In this document: in pieces, positions 28,975 to 45,015 of the stretch | Layout: each line of letters begins with the position of its first letter | Position numbering within the stretch: position 1 is the stretch's first letter | Assembly: GCA_964016885.1 (NCBI GenBank) | Contig: OZ024751.1 | Span: forward strand, 11,160,001-11,224,000 | DNA from: Eledone cirrhosa | Taxonomy: Eukaryota | Length of the DNA: 64,000 nucleotides | Direction of reading: 5' to 3' | Notes under the pieces: generated by a model | The model's input: only the letters and a program-made list of their open reading frames with translations | The model's database searches: none | Told to the model about the DNA's origin: nothing | Position numbers and translations under genes: made by a program

Positions 28975-31005
28975 AAACCACCAACACCAACACCACTACA
29001 CCACCATTACTACCGCCAGTACCAGCACCACAACTACACCACCACAACTACACCACCGCCAACACCAACACCACTACACCACCATTACTACCGCCAGTAC
29101 CAGCACCACAACTACACCACCGCCACCACCACCACCACTACACCACCATTACTACCGCCATTACGACCAGCAGAACTACACCACCAACACCACCACCACT
29201 ACACCACCATTACTACAGCCAGTACCAGCACCACAACTACACCACCACCACCACCACCACCACTACACCACCATTACTACCGTCTGTACCACCACCACCA
29301 CTACACCACCATTACTACAGCCAGTACCAGCACCACAACTACACCACCACCACCACCACCACCACCACTACACCACCATTACTACCGCCATTACGACCAC
29401 CACAACTACACCACCAACACCACCGCCTGTACCATCACCACCACCACTACACCACCAGCACCACCGCCAGTACCACCACCACAACTACACCACCATCACC
29501 ACCGCCTGTACCACCACCACAACTACACCACCATTACTACCGCCTGTACCGCCACCACAACTACACAACCATCACCACCGCCAGTACCACCACCACAACT
29601 ACACCACCATCACCACCGCCAGTACCACCACCACAACTACACCACCATCACTACCGCCAGTACCACCACCACAACTACACCACCATTACTACCGCCTGTA
29701 CCACCACCACAACTACACCACCATCACCACCGCCAGTACCACCACCACAACTACACCACCATCACTACCGCCAGTACCACCACCACAACTACACCACCAT
29801 CATCACCGCCAGTACCACCACCACAACTACACCACCATCACTACCGCCAGTACCACCACCACAACTACACCACCATCACCACCGCCAGTACCACCACCAC
29901 AACTACACCACCATCACCACCACCAGTACCACCACCACAACTACACCACCATCACTACCGCCAGTACCACCACCACAACTACACCACCAGCACCACCGCC
30001 AGTACCACCACCACAACTACACCACCATCACCACCGCCAGTACCACCACCACCACTACACCACCAGCACCACCGCCAGTACCACCACCACAACTACACCA
30101 CCAGCACCACCGCCAGTACCACCACCACAACTACACCACCATTACTACCGCCAGTACCACCACCACAACTACACCACCAGCACCACCGCCAGTACCACCA
30201 CCACAACTACACCACCATTACTACCGCCTGCACCACCACCACAACTACACCACCATCACTACCGCCAGTACCACCACCACAACTACACCACCATTACTAC
30301 CGCCTGTACCACCACCACAACTACACCACCATTACTACCGCCTGTACCACCACCACAACTACACCACCATTACTACCGCCTGCACCACCACCACAACTAC
30401 ACCACCATCACTACCGCCAGTACCACCACCACAACTACACCACCATTACTACCGCCTGTACCACCACCACAACTACACCATCATCACCACCGCCTGTACC
30501 ACCACCACAACTACACCACCATCACCACCGCCAGTACCACCACCACAACTACACCACCATCACCACCGCCAGTACCACCACCACAACTACACCACCATCA
30601 CCACCGCCAGTACCACCACCACAACTACACCACCATCACCACCGCCAGTACCACCACCACAACTACACCACCAGCACCACCGCCAGTACCACCACCACAA
30701 CTACACCACCATTACTACCGCCTGCACCACCACCACAACTACACCACCATCACTACCGCCAGTACCACCACCACAACTACACCACCATTACTACCGCCTG
30801 TACCACCACCACAACTACACCACCATTACTACCGCCTGTACCACCACCACAACTACACCACCATTACTACCGCCTGCACCACCACCACAACTACACCACC
30901 ATCACTACCGCCAGTACCACCACCACAACTACACCACCATTACTACCGCCTGTACCACCACCACAACTACACCACCATCACCACCGCCTGTACCACCACC
31001 ACAAC
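28975..31005. repeat. 38-bp minisatellite (ccaccaccacaactacaccaccatcaccaccgccagta), roughly 50 units
   Basis: Period 38 (29581 to 29619; 29701 to 29739). Confidence 0.93.
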
Positions 31006-32344
31006 CACTACCAATCCTGCAAATGTCACCACCCCCACATCCACTAAACCATTCGATCACTGACATTCACATTCTTTTTCACAACCACTAACAGCCCACC
31101 ACCACCAATACCACAACCACCACCAATACCACAACCACCACCACCAATACCACAACCACCACCAATACCACAACCACCACCACCAATACCACAACCACCA
31201 CCACCAATACCACAACCACCACCATCAACCACCATCAGCCTAGTACGAGCCTCAAAACCACATCCACTACAACCAATACCACTACCATCACCAACAACTA
31301 TAACTACCACCATCAACACAACCACCACAAGACCACAAACTCCAATCTCCACTAACATTACCACCAGCACCACCACCACTCTCACACCGACCATCGCAAT
31401 CAACACCACCTCCATCAAGTACCCACATCACAACCGCCACCACCACCACCCGACCAACAAAACCAACCACCAACTACACCATTAACACCACCACCACCAC
31501 CACCACCAACCACTAACACCACCAACCACCAACTACACCACTATCCCCAACCCACGACAACAACAACCATCACTACCACCACCACCACCAGCAACATGAT
31601 CACCGCACACACACTTACTCCACCCCACCATCACCTCTACCACCACCACCACCACAACCCCACCACCAACACCACCAATCGCCACCACCAGTACCCCCCC
31701 CGCGCCACTCTAACCACCCACACTCTCCCCCCCGCACGCCTCCTCCCCAGCCCTCTAACCCCCCACCACTATAACCAAAACCACCACCACTCTAATCCCC
31801 CCTCTAACCACCACCACCACTCTAACCACCGCCACCACCACCACTTTAACCCCCCCCCACTCTAACCAACACCACCACCACCACTACCACCACCACCATT
31901 CTAAAACCCACCCATCCCCACCACTCTAACCACCGCCAGCACCACCACCACTTTAACACCCCCCACTCTAACCACCACCACCACCACCACCACCACCACC
32001 ACCACCACCACCACCACCACCACCAACACCACCACCACCATTCTAAACCCCCCCCCCCACTCTAACCAACACCACCACCACCACCACCATTCTAATCCCC
32101 CACCCCCACCACTCTAACCACCACCACCACCACCACCACCACCACCACCACCACCACCACACCTCACTGTAACGAGGTATATTAAGGTTTATCACCAATT
32201 ACACTTGCATCGCTGCAGCTTTTCTTCCAATCTATTTTATGTTCCAAACGTTAATTCTTTTCTCTTTTCTTTGTTCTCTGCCATTCTTCACCTCTCGTTA
32301 CCCCGACTACATTCATTTCGCTTATCTTCTCTATGTCTCTTTAC

Positions 32345-32404
<60 letters not shown>

Positions 32405-32450
32405 ATCTTTGTATCTTTGTATCTATATCTATCCATCTATCTATCTATCA

Positions 32451-32507
<57 letters not shown>

Positions 32508-32615
32508 CGTATGTATCTATCTATCTATATATCTGTTTATCTATCTATCTTTGTATCTATCTATCTCTCTTGTGAATGTCTATTTTATCTAAGTATCGGT
32601 TTATCTCTGTTCTTT

Positions 32616-32680
<65 letters not shown>

Positions 32681-32765
32681 TATATATATATATATACATA
32701 TATGTGTGTGTGTGTATAAGTATATTTATATATATATACATATATATATGTGTGTGTGTGTATAA

Positions 32766-32828
<63 letters not shown>

Positions 32829-33005
32829 ATGTGTGTGTGTGTATACATATATATATATGTGGGGGGGGGGGGGTGTATAAGCATATATATATATATATAT
32901 CCATCATTTAGCCCCCCCCCTCTCTAATTCTTTTGTTTCGGTCGTGTCTGCAAGGGAGACCAGCGACGAAGGAACAATTAATATTGACCTCTCCCTCTCC
33001 CATCT

Positions 33006-33040
<35 letters not shown>

Positions 33041-33334
33041 CCACCGCCGCCCCTAACGCTGAACAATCATGTGAGGTCTTCGCAGTGATTGGTCAAGGCA
33101 CTGATGTCATTAGATCCAAAGTATTCCAGATCCTTCTATGTCTATAACTCTGCCATACAGAGAGAGATTGTTATTGGACAAGACAAAAAGGCAGAGACTC
33201 CATCGAGCGTGTTAATCTTTTAGAGACGTTTTCTAGCGGAAGGTGGAGTCACAGGTTACGTATTTTTTTTGTAGATAAATTCAAACATGCATACATACAT
33301 ACGTATATGTACATACATGTAAATAAGTACATGC

Positions 33335-33441
33335 ATGCATACATACTACATACATATATACATGCATATATATATATATATATATAATATTATCTACATA
33401 CATACATATATACATGCACACATACTACATACAGATATACA

Positions 33442-33527
<86 letters not shown>

Positions 33528-33576
33528 TCTACATACATACATATATACATGCATACATACTACATACAGATATACA

Positions 33577-33650
<74 letters not shown>

Positions 33651-33699
33651 TCTACATACATACATATATACATGCATACATACTACATACAGATATACA

Positions 33700-33775
<76 letters not shown>

Positions 33776-33826
33776 TCTACATACATACATATATACATGC
33801 ATACATACTACATACAGATATACATG

Positions 33827-33860
<34 letters not shown>

Positions 33861-33892
33861 TCTACATACATACATATATACATGCACACATA

Positions 33893-33928
<36 letters not shown>

Positions 33929-33940
33929 ATTATCTACATA
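33335..33940. repeat. Compound tandem repeat: ~60-bp unit plus variable (TA)n, about 6 copies
   Basis: aatattatctacatacatacatatatacatgca...catactacatacagatatacatgca(ta)n at ~33386, 33521, 33644, 33769, 33854, 33926. Confidence 0.9.
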
Positions 33941-34078
33941 TATACATACACAGACACACATTCACATATACACGCCTACGCATTCATATATATATGTGTG
34001 TGTGTGTATGTGTGTGTATATAACACATTAAATATAGAAATAGCTTCTGCAGGACTAGGACTGTTTGAACCTGGGACT

Positions 34079-34112
<34 letters not shown>

Positions 34113-34114
34113 GA

Positions 34115-34445
34115 GGCACATGGCTTAGTGGTTAGAGCATTGGGCTTGCAATCGAAAGGTTGTGAGTTCAATTCTCAGTCCGGGTGATGTGTTGTTTCCT
34201 TGAGCAAGACACTTTATTTCACATTGCTCCAGTTTACTCAGCTGTAGAAATGAGATGATAGGGACTGGGATCCATATCATTCCACTACAAAGTGGTCGTG
34301 GAGGTGCCACGGCAAAAAGCACCCAGCACTCACTGTAAATGAGGTTGGTGTTAGGAAGGGCATGCAGCTGTAGAAATCAAGCCAGAATCAGTTGCCGTCC
34401 CACCCTTGCAAGCAGGGAAAAGCGGACGTAAAATGAAATGATGAA
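34115..34445 (+). mobile_element. tRNA-derived CORE-type SINE with LINE-like tail
   Basis: Box A TGGCTTAGTGG, box B GAGTTCAATTCT, CORE-like TCCTTGAGCAAGACACTT, tail ggttggtgttaggaagggcat...ggacgtaaaatga. Confidence 0.85.
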
Positions 34446-34709
34446 ATATACATCATTGCACATAAACATACATATACACACATATACAAATACATATTTA
34501 GATATATACATATGAACATCCAACATTTTGTAATACATTTATCAGCCCTAGAGACCCGAAATACAGACCAGGCTTTAATGAGATTCGAGCCTAGATCTTA
34601 AAGGGAGGTAATTAGCTGATCTGACACTTTGTTAATAATTATAAAACCTCGGACATATTTTTTTTTTATGTATTTGCTATTACTACAACTACAGTTGCTG
34701 CTGCTGCTG

Positions 34710-34760
<51 letters not shown>

Positions 34761-36033
34761 TTACTACACATATTGCTGCTGTTACGAATAGTGCTTCTAA
34801 ATCGGATGCCACCATCATCATCAAGACACCACCGCTACGACGACCACCACCAACAACAACATACCACCACCATCATCATCATCAACACACCATCGCCACC
34901 CCACACCCTCACCAACATCAAGAACACATCACCACCACCACCACCATAAACACATAACCACCACCATCATCAACACACCATCGCCACCCTACACCACCAC
35001 CAACATCAAGAACACATCACCACCACCACCATCACCATCAATACATAACCACCACCATCATCAACACACCATCGCCACCACCACCTCCACCTCCATCAAC
35101 ACACCATCGCCACCACCACCTCCACCATCAACACAACATCGCCACCACCTCCTCCACCTCCATCATCAACACACCATCGCCACCACCACCACCTCCACCA
35201 TCAACACACCATCACCACCACCACCTCCACCATCAACGCTTCACCACCACCACAATCATGAACACACCATCGCCACCACCACATCACCACCAGCACCATC
35301 ATTAACCCGCCCCCCCACCATCACCATCACATCAGCATCATCAACTTCATCAACACACCATCGCCGTCACCACCACCACCAACTTCATCAACACACCATC
35401 GCCGCCACCACCAGCACCAACACCAACACCACCACCACCACCACCACCATCAGCAACACACCATCGCCACCACCACCGCCACCACCACCACCATCAACAC
35501 ACCACCACCACCACCGCCATAAACACACCACCACCACCGCCATCAAAACACCACCACCACCACCACCACCATCACCATCACCACTACCAACATCAACACA
35601 CCACCACCTCCACCACCACCACCTCCACCACCACCACCACAAGTAGAAACAATTATTATTATTATTAATATTACCATTAATATTCTCTATCATTCTCCGT
35701 CATACAAAATGAGAGACTTCCTAATTAGTAGAGTGGCGGGGCAGGCCCATAAACATAACACTCAGTCTTGGCTTTTATGGTTTCTTAGATTGGCCATGAA
35801 ATGTTAGACGTCAACCAATGGTGATAGATAGATCTGTGTGTGCGTGTGTGTATATATATATATATGTATATATATGTGTGTGTGTGTGTGTATGTGTGTA
35901 TCTTCGTATAAACATGTGTGCGCGCCTTACACACATACACATATATATGGATAGGCACATACATACATGTGTATTTGTATGTATGTATTTATGTATAAAC
36001 ACACACACACGCGCGTATACACACACACACACA

Positions 36034-36075
<42 letters not shown>

Positions 36076-36098
36076 CACACACACACACACGCACGCAG

Positions 36099-36155
<57 letters not shown>

Positions 36156-36368
36156 TATGTGTGTGTGTTGTGTGTGAGGTAAACACAGAGATCGGATTTG
36201 TATAGGTGTGTGACGAATAGATAAATCAATTTGTATTTTTATGTATATATGTTACCGAAAAATGTAGGATGAAACATGTATCCAGAGAGGGACGAAAGCA
36301 TTTTTATGTATGTGTGTATATATGTATATATGTATGTATATAATCTCTTTCTCTTAATTTTGAGTATA

Positions 36369-36560
36369 TTTTTTTGACCGGCCACCTTCCAGGTGGCAAG
36401 GTTGTAAAAGAAAAGAAATTGTCATCCCTTGAATCGCAAGAATGTTTTGCAAATTTTGAAGGTGCCAACTATCGCAGCCATTTGTAGACTATGAATTAGG
36501 GAGCTGCGCTCTTTGTCCGCAAATCCAAGTTCAGTCATACTTTTAGTCCAAGCGGGTTGG
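36369..36560 (-). mobile_element. 3' end of an RLE-type (R4/Dong-like) non-LTR retrotransposon
   Basis: C-terminal peptide ELGF...LIHSLQMAAIVGTFKICKTFL resembles RLE LINE termini; short 3' UTR with GCCACC/GGTGGC hairpin and oligo-A. Confidence 0.6.
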
Positions 36561-36667
36561 TATACAACCCGCAGCTTCAATAATGATGGGTATGAAGCTA
36601 AAGGTGTATCTTGGATACTAGATTTGTATGTATATATGTATGTATGCATGTATATATGTTTATGTTA

Positions 36668-36945
36668 GGTCACCAGTTGGTGCTACTGGTAACATGTATC
36701 CCAGTACAACCTGTCTCATGGTCGGGTCGTTGGCGACTAAACTGGCAACCCCACCAAGGTTTCTTGGTGAGGAGGGTAACTTTGGACATCCTGCAGGACT
36801 AAAAACAAAACCTGTCAAAGGGCAAAGGAGCTCTTAAGAGTCAATGGCAATCCAAAATCACTGGGAGAGTTAACACCTTAGCCTTTGTCAGGGCAGAATT
36901 CTAGGAAAAGGAAAACTCTGATATAACACCTGCAACTCTGATGGT
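36668..36945 (+). mobile_element. Probable LINE (RTE-like) 5' UTR fragment
   Basis: ctaggaaaaggaaaactctgat motif resembles RTE-type leaders (recognised from memory only). Confidence 0.35.
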
Positions 36946-39900
36946 ATCCAATGATGTTGACTTGTTCTTCTTTTTGGTAAATATCATCTTGGTTAAGAGT
37001 GTGGGACTGGCTTTGTGCAGTGCCTGTGCTCACTATAAAAGCTTCACGGCACAGGCATTGCCTTATATCTGGAGATCTCTCTGCACTTGTCGTTACATGG
37101 TACCATGGGCCCAGCACTATGTGTCAATAATTGTCACAAGTGTAGTGTTTGTACCAGAGTTTTCAAGTCGCTGGCTGGACTAAAACGTCACACTCGTTCA
37201 GCGCATCGGTAGGAGTTCTCCTACATGGCCGTACTCGAAAACGAGTTGGCAGCCACCATGTATATATGTATGTATATTCTTCTGGCTTTATAATTTCACA
37301 AATGTTTACCAATAGAGAGAGAGAGAGTCGGTTTCTAACATAGATACAAGACTCTCACATTGGAATTTACACAACATCAACTAGGTAGATATGTATGGAT
37401 ATCTGCATGTATACATGTATGAGCAGTTATGGATGTTATTGTATGTGTAGAGGCGTATGTCTTGAGTTATATGTGCGCATGCGCATATGCTCTGTATCTG
37501 TATATGTGTATATGCAGTTTTTAGATGCAGAACTTTTGACATGTTTTACATATTTTTACTGTTCCTTAAATGAATTGTACTTGTAATATATGTATGTATG
37601 AATATATGCATGTATGTATTAATGTAAGTATGCATGTATGTATGTTAGTGTATGTATGTATGTATGTATGGATGTATGTAAGTATACATGTATGTATGTT
37701 TATGTATGTATTAATATATTTAAGTAAGTATGCATGTATGTATGTACATATGTATGCAACCGTACCTGTATATATACGTGTATGTAAATATGTTCTTCAG
37801 ATAATATTATTTTATAAATGTTCACCATTAGAGAGCCAGTTTCTAGCATGGCCACAAGACCTTTTCATTGGAATTTAGATAATATCAACTTCGTAAATAC
37901 GTGTGCATGACTATGTGTATGCCTGTGTGGTTATGTGTGTGTGTATGCCTGTGTGTTTGTGTGTGCATGCATGTGTGTTTGTGTATGTGTGTATATATGC
38001 GTGTCTATGTGTGTATAAAAAGCCACAGAAAAACATTTTAACAGAAACCTTTCTCGTAACAACCAACGACCCACCCAACACTCCACACCTTACACCTTAC
38101 CATATATACCTCGTACCACCATACCTACCAACCAGCAAACCAATCACCATACCATACCACACCTTACACTATTCGACCATACCAAACAACCAGTCACCAC
38201 AGCTTACACCATACCATCATACCAACCAGCCAATCAACCAGCCACCACACCAATTACACTATACTACCATACAACCCAATCAACAACCACACCACCAATT
38301 ATATCACACCACCATACCATCATACCACCATACCCACCAGCCAAACAACCATGCACCATAACATACAAACACCATACCGTAAAACCTTCATATCAGCCAC
38401 ACCACCCCTTACACTATACCACTATACCATAATACCACCATACCACCATACCAACCAACCAACCAACCATCCACAAAACCACCAATGACACTCTACCACC
38501 ATACCACAACCACTCCATCAATTACACCGTACCACTATACCACCATACCACCAGACAAACAACAATGCACCATACCATACAAACACCATACCGTAAAACC
38601 ACCATACCACCATACCACCATATCAACCAACCAAACAACCAGCCAACCAGCCAACCAACCAACTAACTATTTACAATACCACAATGCCAAACATATCCCA
38701 GGGACCACCTCCATCGCTCCTTCAAGTCGCCCATATCAGAACCCAAACCCCTCCCTCCTCACAATCTGCCATTACTCTCACATATACTTTACTATATTAA
38801 ACTCCTTAAATGTCCAGTCAGCTCAATTACTAATGAGAATAGCGACAATGTCCCAATCCAATATTCTATATTATTTACAATATTGTTGACCACCATCATC
38901 CCCGCCTAGTCTCTGTCACTTTCTATTAAAGTTTCTTATGTGAGCTGAATCTACAGAGAGGACCACGAACGAGTTTGGGTAGCTTCTCTTAGTTTTTGAT
39001 TTTGTGACTGTTATATATATATATATATGTGTGTGTGCGTATAGAGATATGTGTTTTATACACACATACACAATATATATATATTTATATATATATATAT
39101 ATATAAATATATATATTGTGTATGTGTGTATAAAACACATATCTCTATACGCACACATATGTAAGGACATATATACACAAATGTATACGTCTATACATAT
39201 ATATTTACACGCACTCTCTCACACACACAAACAAACACACGCACACATATATATATATATACACACGTTGACACACACACTATATATATATATATATATA
39301 TATATAGTGTGTGTCATATATATATATAGTGTGTATATATATATATATATCTGCATACATTCGTATATATAGTGTGTCATATATATATATAGTGTGTATA
39401 TATATATATATATATATATACCTGCATACATTCGCATATACATACATACACGCATACATACATACACGCATACATACATGTATACATACATACACACACA
39501 TACGTAAATACGCACATACACACATACATACATACATACATACATACATACACACATACATACTCACATACATACTCACATACATACATATCGTTTCTAT
39601 TTTATTTTAGTGTTCCTATTTCCTTTTCGTTCTTCATATTTCATTAACTGTTCTTTTGCTTTGTTACTTTCTTAAGTCGTTATTCCTGGCTTATTGCTAT
39701 GGTCAGACTTTCTTAGTCAAAGTATTCATGAGTTATACAACAACCAATAAGAAACAAGGAATATTTTCCATTTCTCTTTCCCTTTATATATATATTTTAT
39801 TCATTTATCTTTTTTTTTCTTTTTTACTCTGCAGTTTCTAGACCAAATTAGATATACTTTGCAAAGCAAGCAAATTTTCGCTGCTTTCAGCTGCTTTCTT

Positions 39901-40232
39901 TCGAGAAGTTACACAATATATGTATTACTAGAATCTGTCTGCCTGTAGAATATTGGTTAGTTTATTCCCAGTAGACAAACCTAGCAACGCTGCTATAGTC
40001 ATGAGATAAAGAATATTCCCAATAAAAATCTCCTCAAAATTTTTCTCGCCTAATAAACATTTCTTTGTTTTAATAATGATTATCTAATTGGATTTTTTCT
40101 AATATATATATATATATATATATAGAGATAGATATGTAGGAGGTGAGTTTTATTGTAGTACAATAAAGCAATGCAGATATCGGATAAGAAGCACTCTACA
40201 GTTTATAGGACTGGAGTATACATAATATATAT

Positions 40233-40462
40233 GATCAAAAGATGGTTAAAGGAGTTCCATGTATTTTATTATGCGCATTTCAAAAACAAACATCATCATG
40301 CAATAATATTTGTGTTTTCATCAGATAAAACAGGAGGACATGATATGAAGGTTAAAAAACACTCTGTTATCTGATGAAAACACAAATATTATTGCATGAT
40401 GATGTTTGTTTTTGAAATGCGCATAATAAAATACATGGAACTCCTTTAACCATCTTTTGATC
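40233..40462. mobile_element. Fold-back element family C with two mirror hammerheads (40262-40332 minus, 40367-40429 plus)
   Basis: 96-bp inverted arms 40233-40328 / 40367-40462; TGTTTTAT-CTGATGA-long stem II-GAAA TGCGCA TA-ATAAAATA. Confidence 0.82.
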
Positions 40463-40463
40463 T

Positions 40464-40514
<51 letters not shown>

Positions 40515-40518
<4 letters not shown>

Positions 40519-41015
40519 TATGTATACGTACATACATATGTGTATACATACGTACAGTAGTATGTATATATATACATACATGCACACACATATATATATA
40601 TGTACGTATGGGTTTAGCGAACATTTATTATAATGTTCGGTTTGTTTGTAAGCAAACAGCCCGAATTAAGCCGTACAGTGTTTAGCAACCAACGTTGCCC
40701 TTTTGTTCAACACTGACAAAGGAACACTGTACTAGTTTCAAGCTTATTAGCTATCGTCAGCATCGTATACCTCCCTGGTAGATGATTGAACGTCTGAAAG
40801 TATATACTTTCCTTATGCATATTAACGGCTGAGCAACCTAATTTGCATATCGAGTGAGTTAGTCGGCCGGGCGCACCGAAAACCGTAAATGGAAAAAAAG
40901 AAACGAAATTTCATTTCTCACTCACAGTACGGCTGTTACTTAAATATAAGTATGTATACGTACATAGATATATGTATACAGACGTACAATAGTATGTATA
41001 TATATACATACCTGC
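40515..41015 (-). mobile_element. Retrozyme-like element family G (~432-bp unit with ~70-bp terminal redundancy)
   Basis: taagtatgtatacgtacata...cgtaca.tagtatg at 40515 and 40947; homologous to 56605-57350; hammerhead at 40724-40766. Confidence 0.7.
40724..40766 (-). ncRNA. Minimal type I hammerhead (family G)
   Basis: ACGATG-CTGACGA-TAGCT AATA AGCTT-GAAAC TA GTA-CAGTGT. Confidence 0.75.
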
Positions 41016-41043
41016 ATATACATATACATATATATATATATAT

Positions 41044-41197
41044 CCTTTTTAATATAGAAATGGCTTCTACAGCACTAGAACTATTTCATTCAAAAGAATT
41101 ATCAGGAAAGCCATTTCTATATTAAAAAAATTATACTCTGCTATGTATTGTATACCATACTAACTGTGGTTAAACCCGATTGAACCCGGGATAAACA
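41044..41197. mobile_element. Fold-back element family B with decayed hammerhead at 41062-41112 (minus)
   Basis: GGCTTTC-CTGATAA-TTC TTTT GAAT-GAAA TAG TTCTAGTG CTG TA-GAAGCC; tail is the reverse complement of 6865-6930. Confidence 0.7.
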
Positions 41198-41312
41198 TAT
41201 ATATACATATAATATATATATGTATGTATATGTAGTAATATCCGTATGTGCGAAAAGTTCTCAATCGGGAAAAGAGCAGGAATATTATATTATTTATTTA
41301 TGTTGATTGCTG

Positions 41313-41491
41313 GATTGGCAGTATCGGTAGAGGGTCAGACGCCATGCTTTGACGCATAGAGTTACGGCCTTTGCCATTCTGAGTTCAAATCCCGCCGAGG
41401 TTAACTTTGCCTTTCATCCTAACGGGGGTCGATTAAATAAAGTACCAGTAATACACTGTGTAATTGCTGGCCTTGCGCCAAAAGTAGAAAC
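41313..41491 (+). mobile_element. tRNA-derived SINE, full length
   Basis: TGGCAGTATCGGTAGAG...GAGTTCAAATCCCGCCGAGGTTAACTTTGCCTTTCATCC...AAAGTACCAG...GGCCTTGCGCCAAAAGTAGAAAC. Confidence 0.88.
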
Positions 41492-42016
41492 AGTTATTTA
41501 TTTATGTTGATATAGGGGACAAAAGCGGTACCCAAGGTTTCTAGGCCAAAATTTTACCATACTTCTAGAATATAAGAGGCATCAAATTAGTGTCTTTTCT
41601 TCAGGCGATTATACTTGTATGAAGTGGAAGATAAGTACCTATATTAACAATTTGACTTAACTCTGTATTACCAACTGTTTCAAGTGCCTGATAAGGTTCT
41701 TGCTGTAAATTACTGCTAAAATACTTATTTCCCCGCTGAGTGGACTGGGGAAATGTAAAATATATGATTTTTCTGAAGCACACAACGCGCCAACTTGAAT
41801 CAATAACACGACCTTTCAACCTTCAGCCGAAAACCCTAACCACTAAGTGTTCAGTAACGATAACAAAATGAAAAGACAATGGAAGGAACCCCTCGGATAT
41901 TTCATATTCTATGATAGGGCCTATTCCTATTTAAATCTGAACATATATTTACCGTTTGATCATGGACTAAGGAAGAATAAATAAAATAAATAAATAAATA
42001 CTTAAATATATGAATA

Positions 42017-42396
42017 CTCTCGGGTTTCGAATAATAGTCCCCAGCCCAACGCTTATTAATTTTTCAGACCCTAACAGCTGCACCTCTGCTTATTAAACTT
42101 TGCTAATCTATCTCCGACGAAAGTTTATTTAATCGGTAGCATTCCTGTGACAATTTTCTTCATCCATTAAAAAACATTATACATGGCAAAGAAAATACAT
42201 CACTAGAAATCCTACAAGTTATAAAATAAATAGGATGGGTTGGAATCTCAATATCTAAACTAAACGACTAATTCTGTTTTTTTAAGAAAAATCCACAGAA
42301 ACAACCAAGAACAATTAACGATTCGCCACCCTCCACATATTACAACAACCCCGCTTATTCCAACTCCCCCCCCCCCAATTATTTGGGACCCGAGAG
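42017..42396. mobile_element. Tc1/mariner-type MITE
   Basis: TA|CTCTCGGGTTTCGAATAAT ... ATTATTTGGGACCCGAGAG|TA inverted termini. Confidence 0.75.
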
Positions 42397-43063
42397 TAAA
42401 TTACTTTTAAAAAACATGATGGTGGTGGTTTTGTTGATTTTGTTGGTTTTGGTGACAGTGTTGTTGTTAGGAAAGGATGATGGTCATGGAAAGTTAATGA
42501 TGTCGGTGATATTGGTGAAAAAATGGTTGAAGTCTTAATCAAGAAACTCATAAGGTTTTCTGTTTTGAAATTACGCTGCTATTGTCATGAGAAATTGCTG
42601 AAAAGAGGGTATAATATATGCTAAAAATTCGTATGGAGTTTCTGATGGATTATGTGAAAGGAAGGTTTAATATCATTCAGTATAACTTAGAGAATATAAT
42701 GCTTCTGGCTGGAAATTCTAAAACATTTCAGCTTTTGTCTCTTACTGTACAATAATTACATAAGAAGGAGTGGCTGTGGTGTTGGTGATGGTGTAGGGTT
42801 GTGGTGATGAGTTAATGTTGTGTTAGTGGGCAGGTGATGAGGGCTTTGATGGCGTAATACATGTATGTTTCTCACTATGTCTAACTAGGGTGTGTGTGAA
42901 TGTGTGTGTGCGAGTGAGTGTGGATCTAAGTGTATTTGCAGTCTATGTATGTATGTATGTATGTATGTATGGTGGAGTTGTAAAATTATAATGACCTCCT
43001 CATTAATATCTCATTTCATACAAAAATGCTAGCAGGACGCAACGCCCCTCTAACTGATACCGC

Positions 43064-43118
<55 letters not shown>

Positions 43119-43124
43119 CACACA

Positions 43125-43173
<49 letters not shown>

Positions 43174-43179
43174 CATATG

Positions 43180-43234
<55 letters not shown>

Positions 43235-43303
43235 CATATGTATGTATATATACATTTATATATATAAATAAATAAATATATATATATATAAATATATATA
43301 TAT

Positions 43304-43358
<55 letters not shown>

Positions 43359-43379
43359 TAAATATATATGTATATATAT

Positions 43380-43536
<157 letters not shown>

Positions 43537-43581
43537 ATACATATGTATGCATGTATATATATATATAATACATATGTATGC

Positions 43582-43615
<34 letters not shown>

Positions 43616-43626
43616 CATATGTATGC

Positions 43627-43662
<36 letters not shown>

Positions 43663-43673
43663 CATATGTATGC

Positions 43674-43707
<34 letters not shown>

Positions 43708-43718
43708 CATATGTATGC

Positions 43719-43756
<38 letters not shown>

Positions 43757-43807
43757 CATATGTATATTATTATACATATGTATATATATATATAATACAT
43801 ATGTATA

Positions 43808-43905
<98 letters not shown>

Positions 43906-43972
43906 ATACATATATATATAAATAAATATATATATTTATATATATATATATAATACATATGTATGTATATAC

Positions 43973-44006
<34 letters not shown>

Positions 44007-44352
44007 CTAATACATATGTATGTATATACATATATATATAAATAAATATGTATATTTATATATATTTATATTATATGTATTTACATATATATATACATAT
44101 ATATATATATATAAATAAATATATATATTTATATATATATATACATAAATATATGTATTTATGTATGTATATGCATAGATATATATATACATAAATATAT
44201 ATATTATATGTATTTATGTATGTATATACTTATATATATAAATACATATATATATTTATATATATTATATGTATTTTTGTATGTATATACATATATATAT
44301 GTATACATATATATATATATGTGTCTGTGTATGTGTATACATATATATATAT

Positions 44353-44386
<34 letters not shown>

Positions 44387-44388
44387 GC

Positions 44389-44526
<138 letters not shown>

Positions 44527-44960
44527 TTATTTGTTTATTCCTACCGGGAGAGAAAGAGAGAAGGGAGGCAATTTTGAAATTACATAGACAACAGATTGTT
44601 CAGTCCACAAATTCTAGACACAGTCACACAGATGCTCTGACGGACAGACATACATACATACACAAACACAGACAGACAGACAAACATACATACATACACA
44701 CAGACAGACAGATAGATAGACAGGCTGACAGACAGGCAGACAGACAGATTACAATAAAATACTTACAACAGAATGCCCAACGGTTGAAGCACTATACCCT
44801 TCATGCCCACCCATTTATCAAATTCATTTACTGACAATCACACATACTTAAAAACACACACACAACACAACAACAAAACCAACTGCAATACATACACATT
44901 CACACATGAAGAAACATATATATTGATATATACACGCGCACACACACATACATACTCACT

Positions 44961-45015
<55 letters not shown>

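Noticed and set aside
28975-31005. Possible mucin-like Thr/Pro repeat exon or CRISPR-like array
   Set aside because: The 38-bp period is not a multiple of three and there are no unique spacers; an ordinary minisatellite.
33040-33120. Cluster of GC-box, Sox and CCAAT-like motifs as a promoter
   Set aside because: Short motifs expected by chance; no linked exon or other support.
34115-34185. tRNA genes at SINE heads (also 41313)
   Set aside because: Box A/B are present but there is no cloverleaf, and they run into SINE body sequence.
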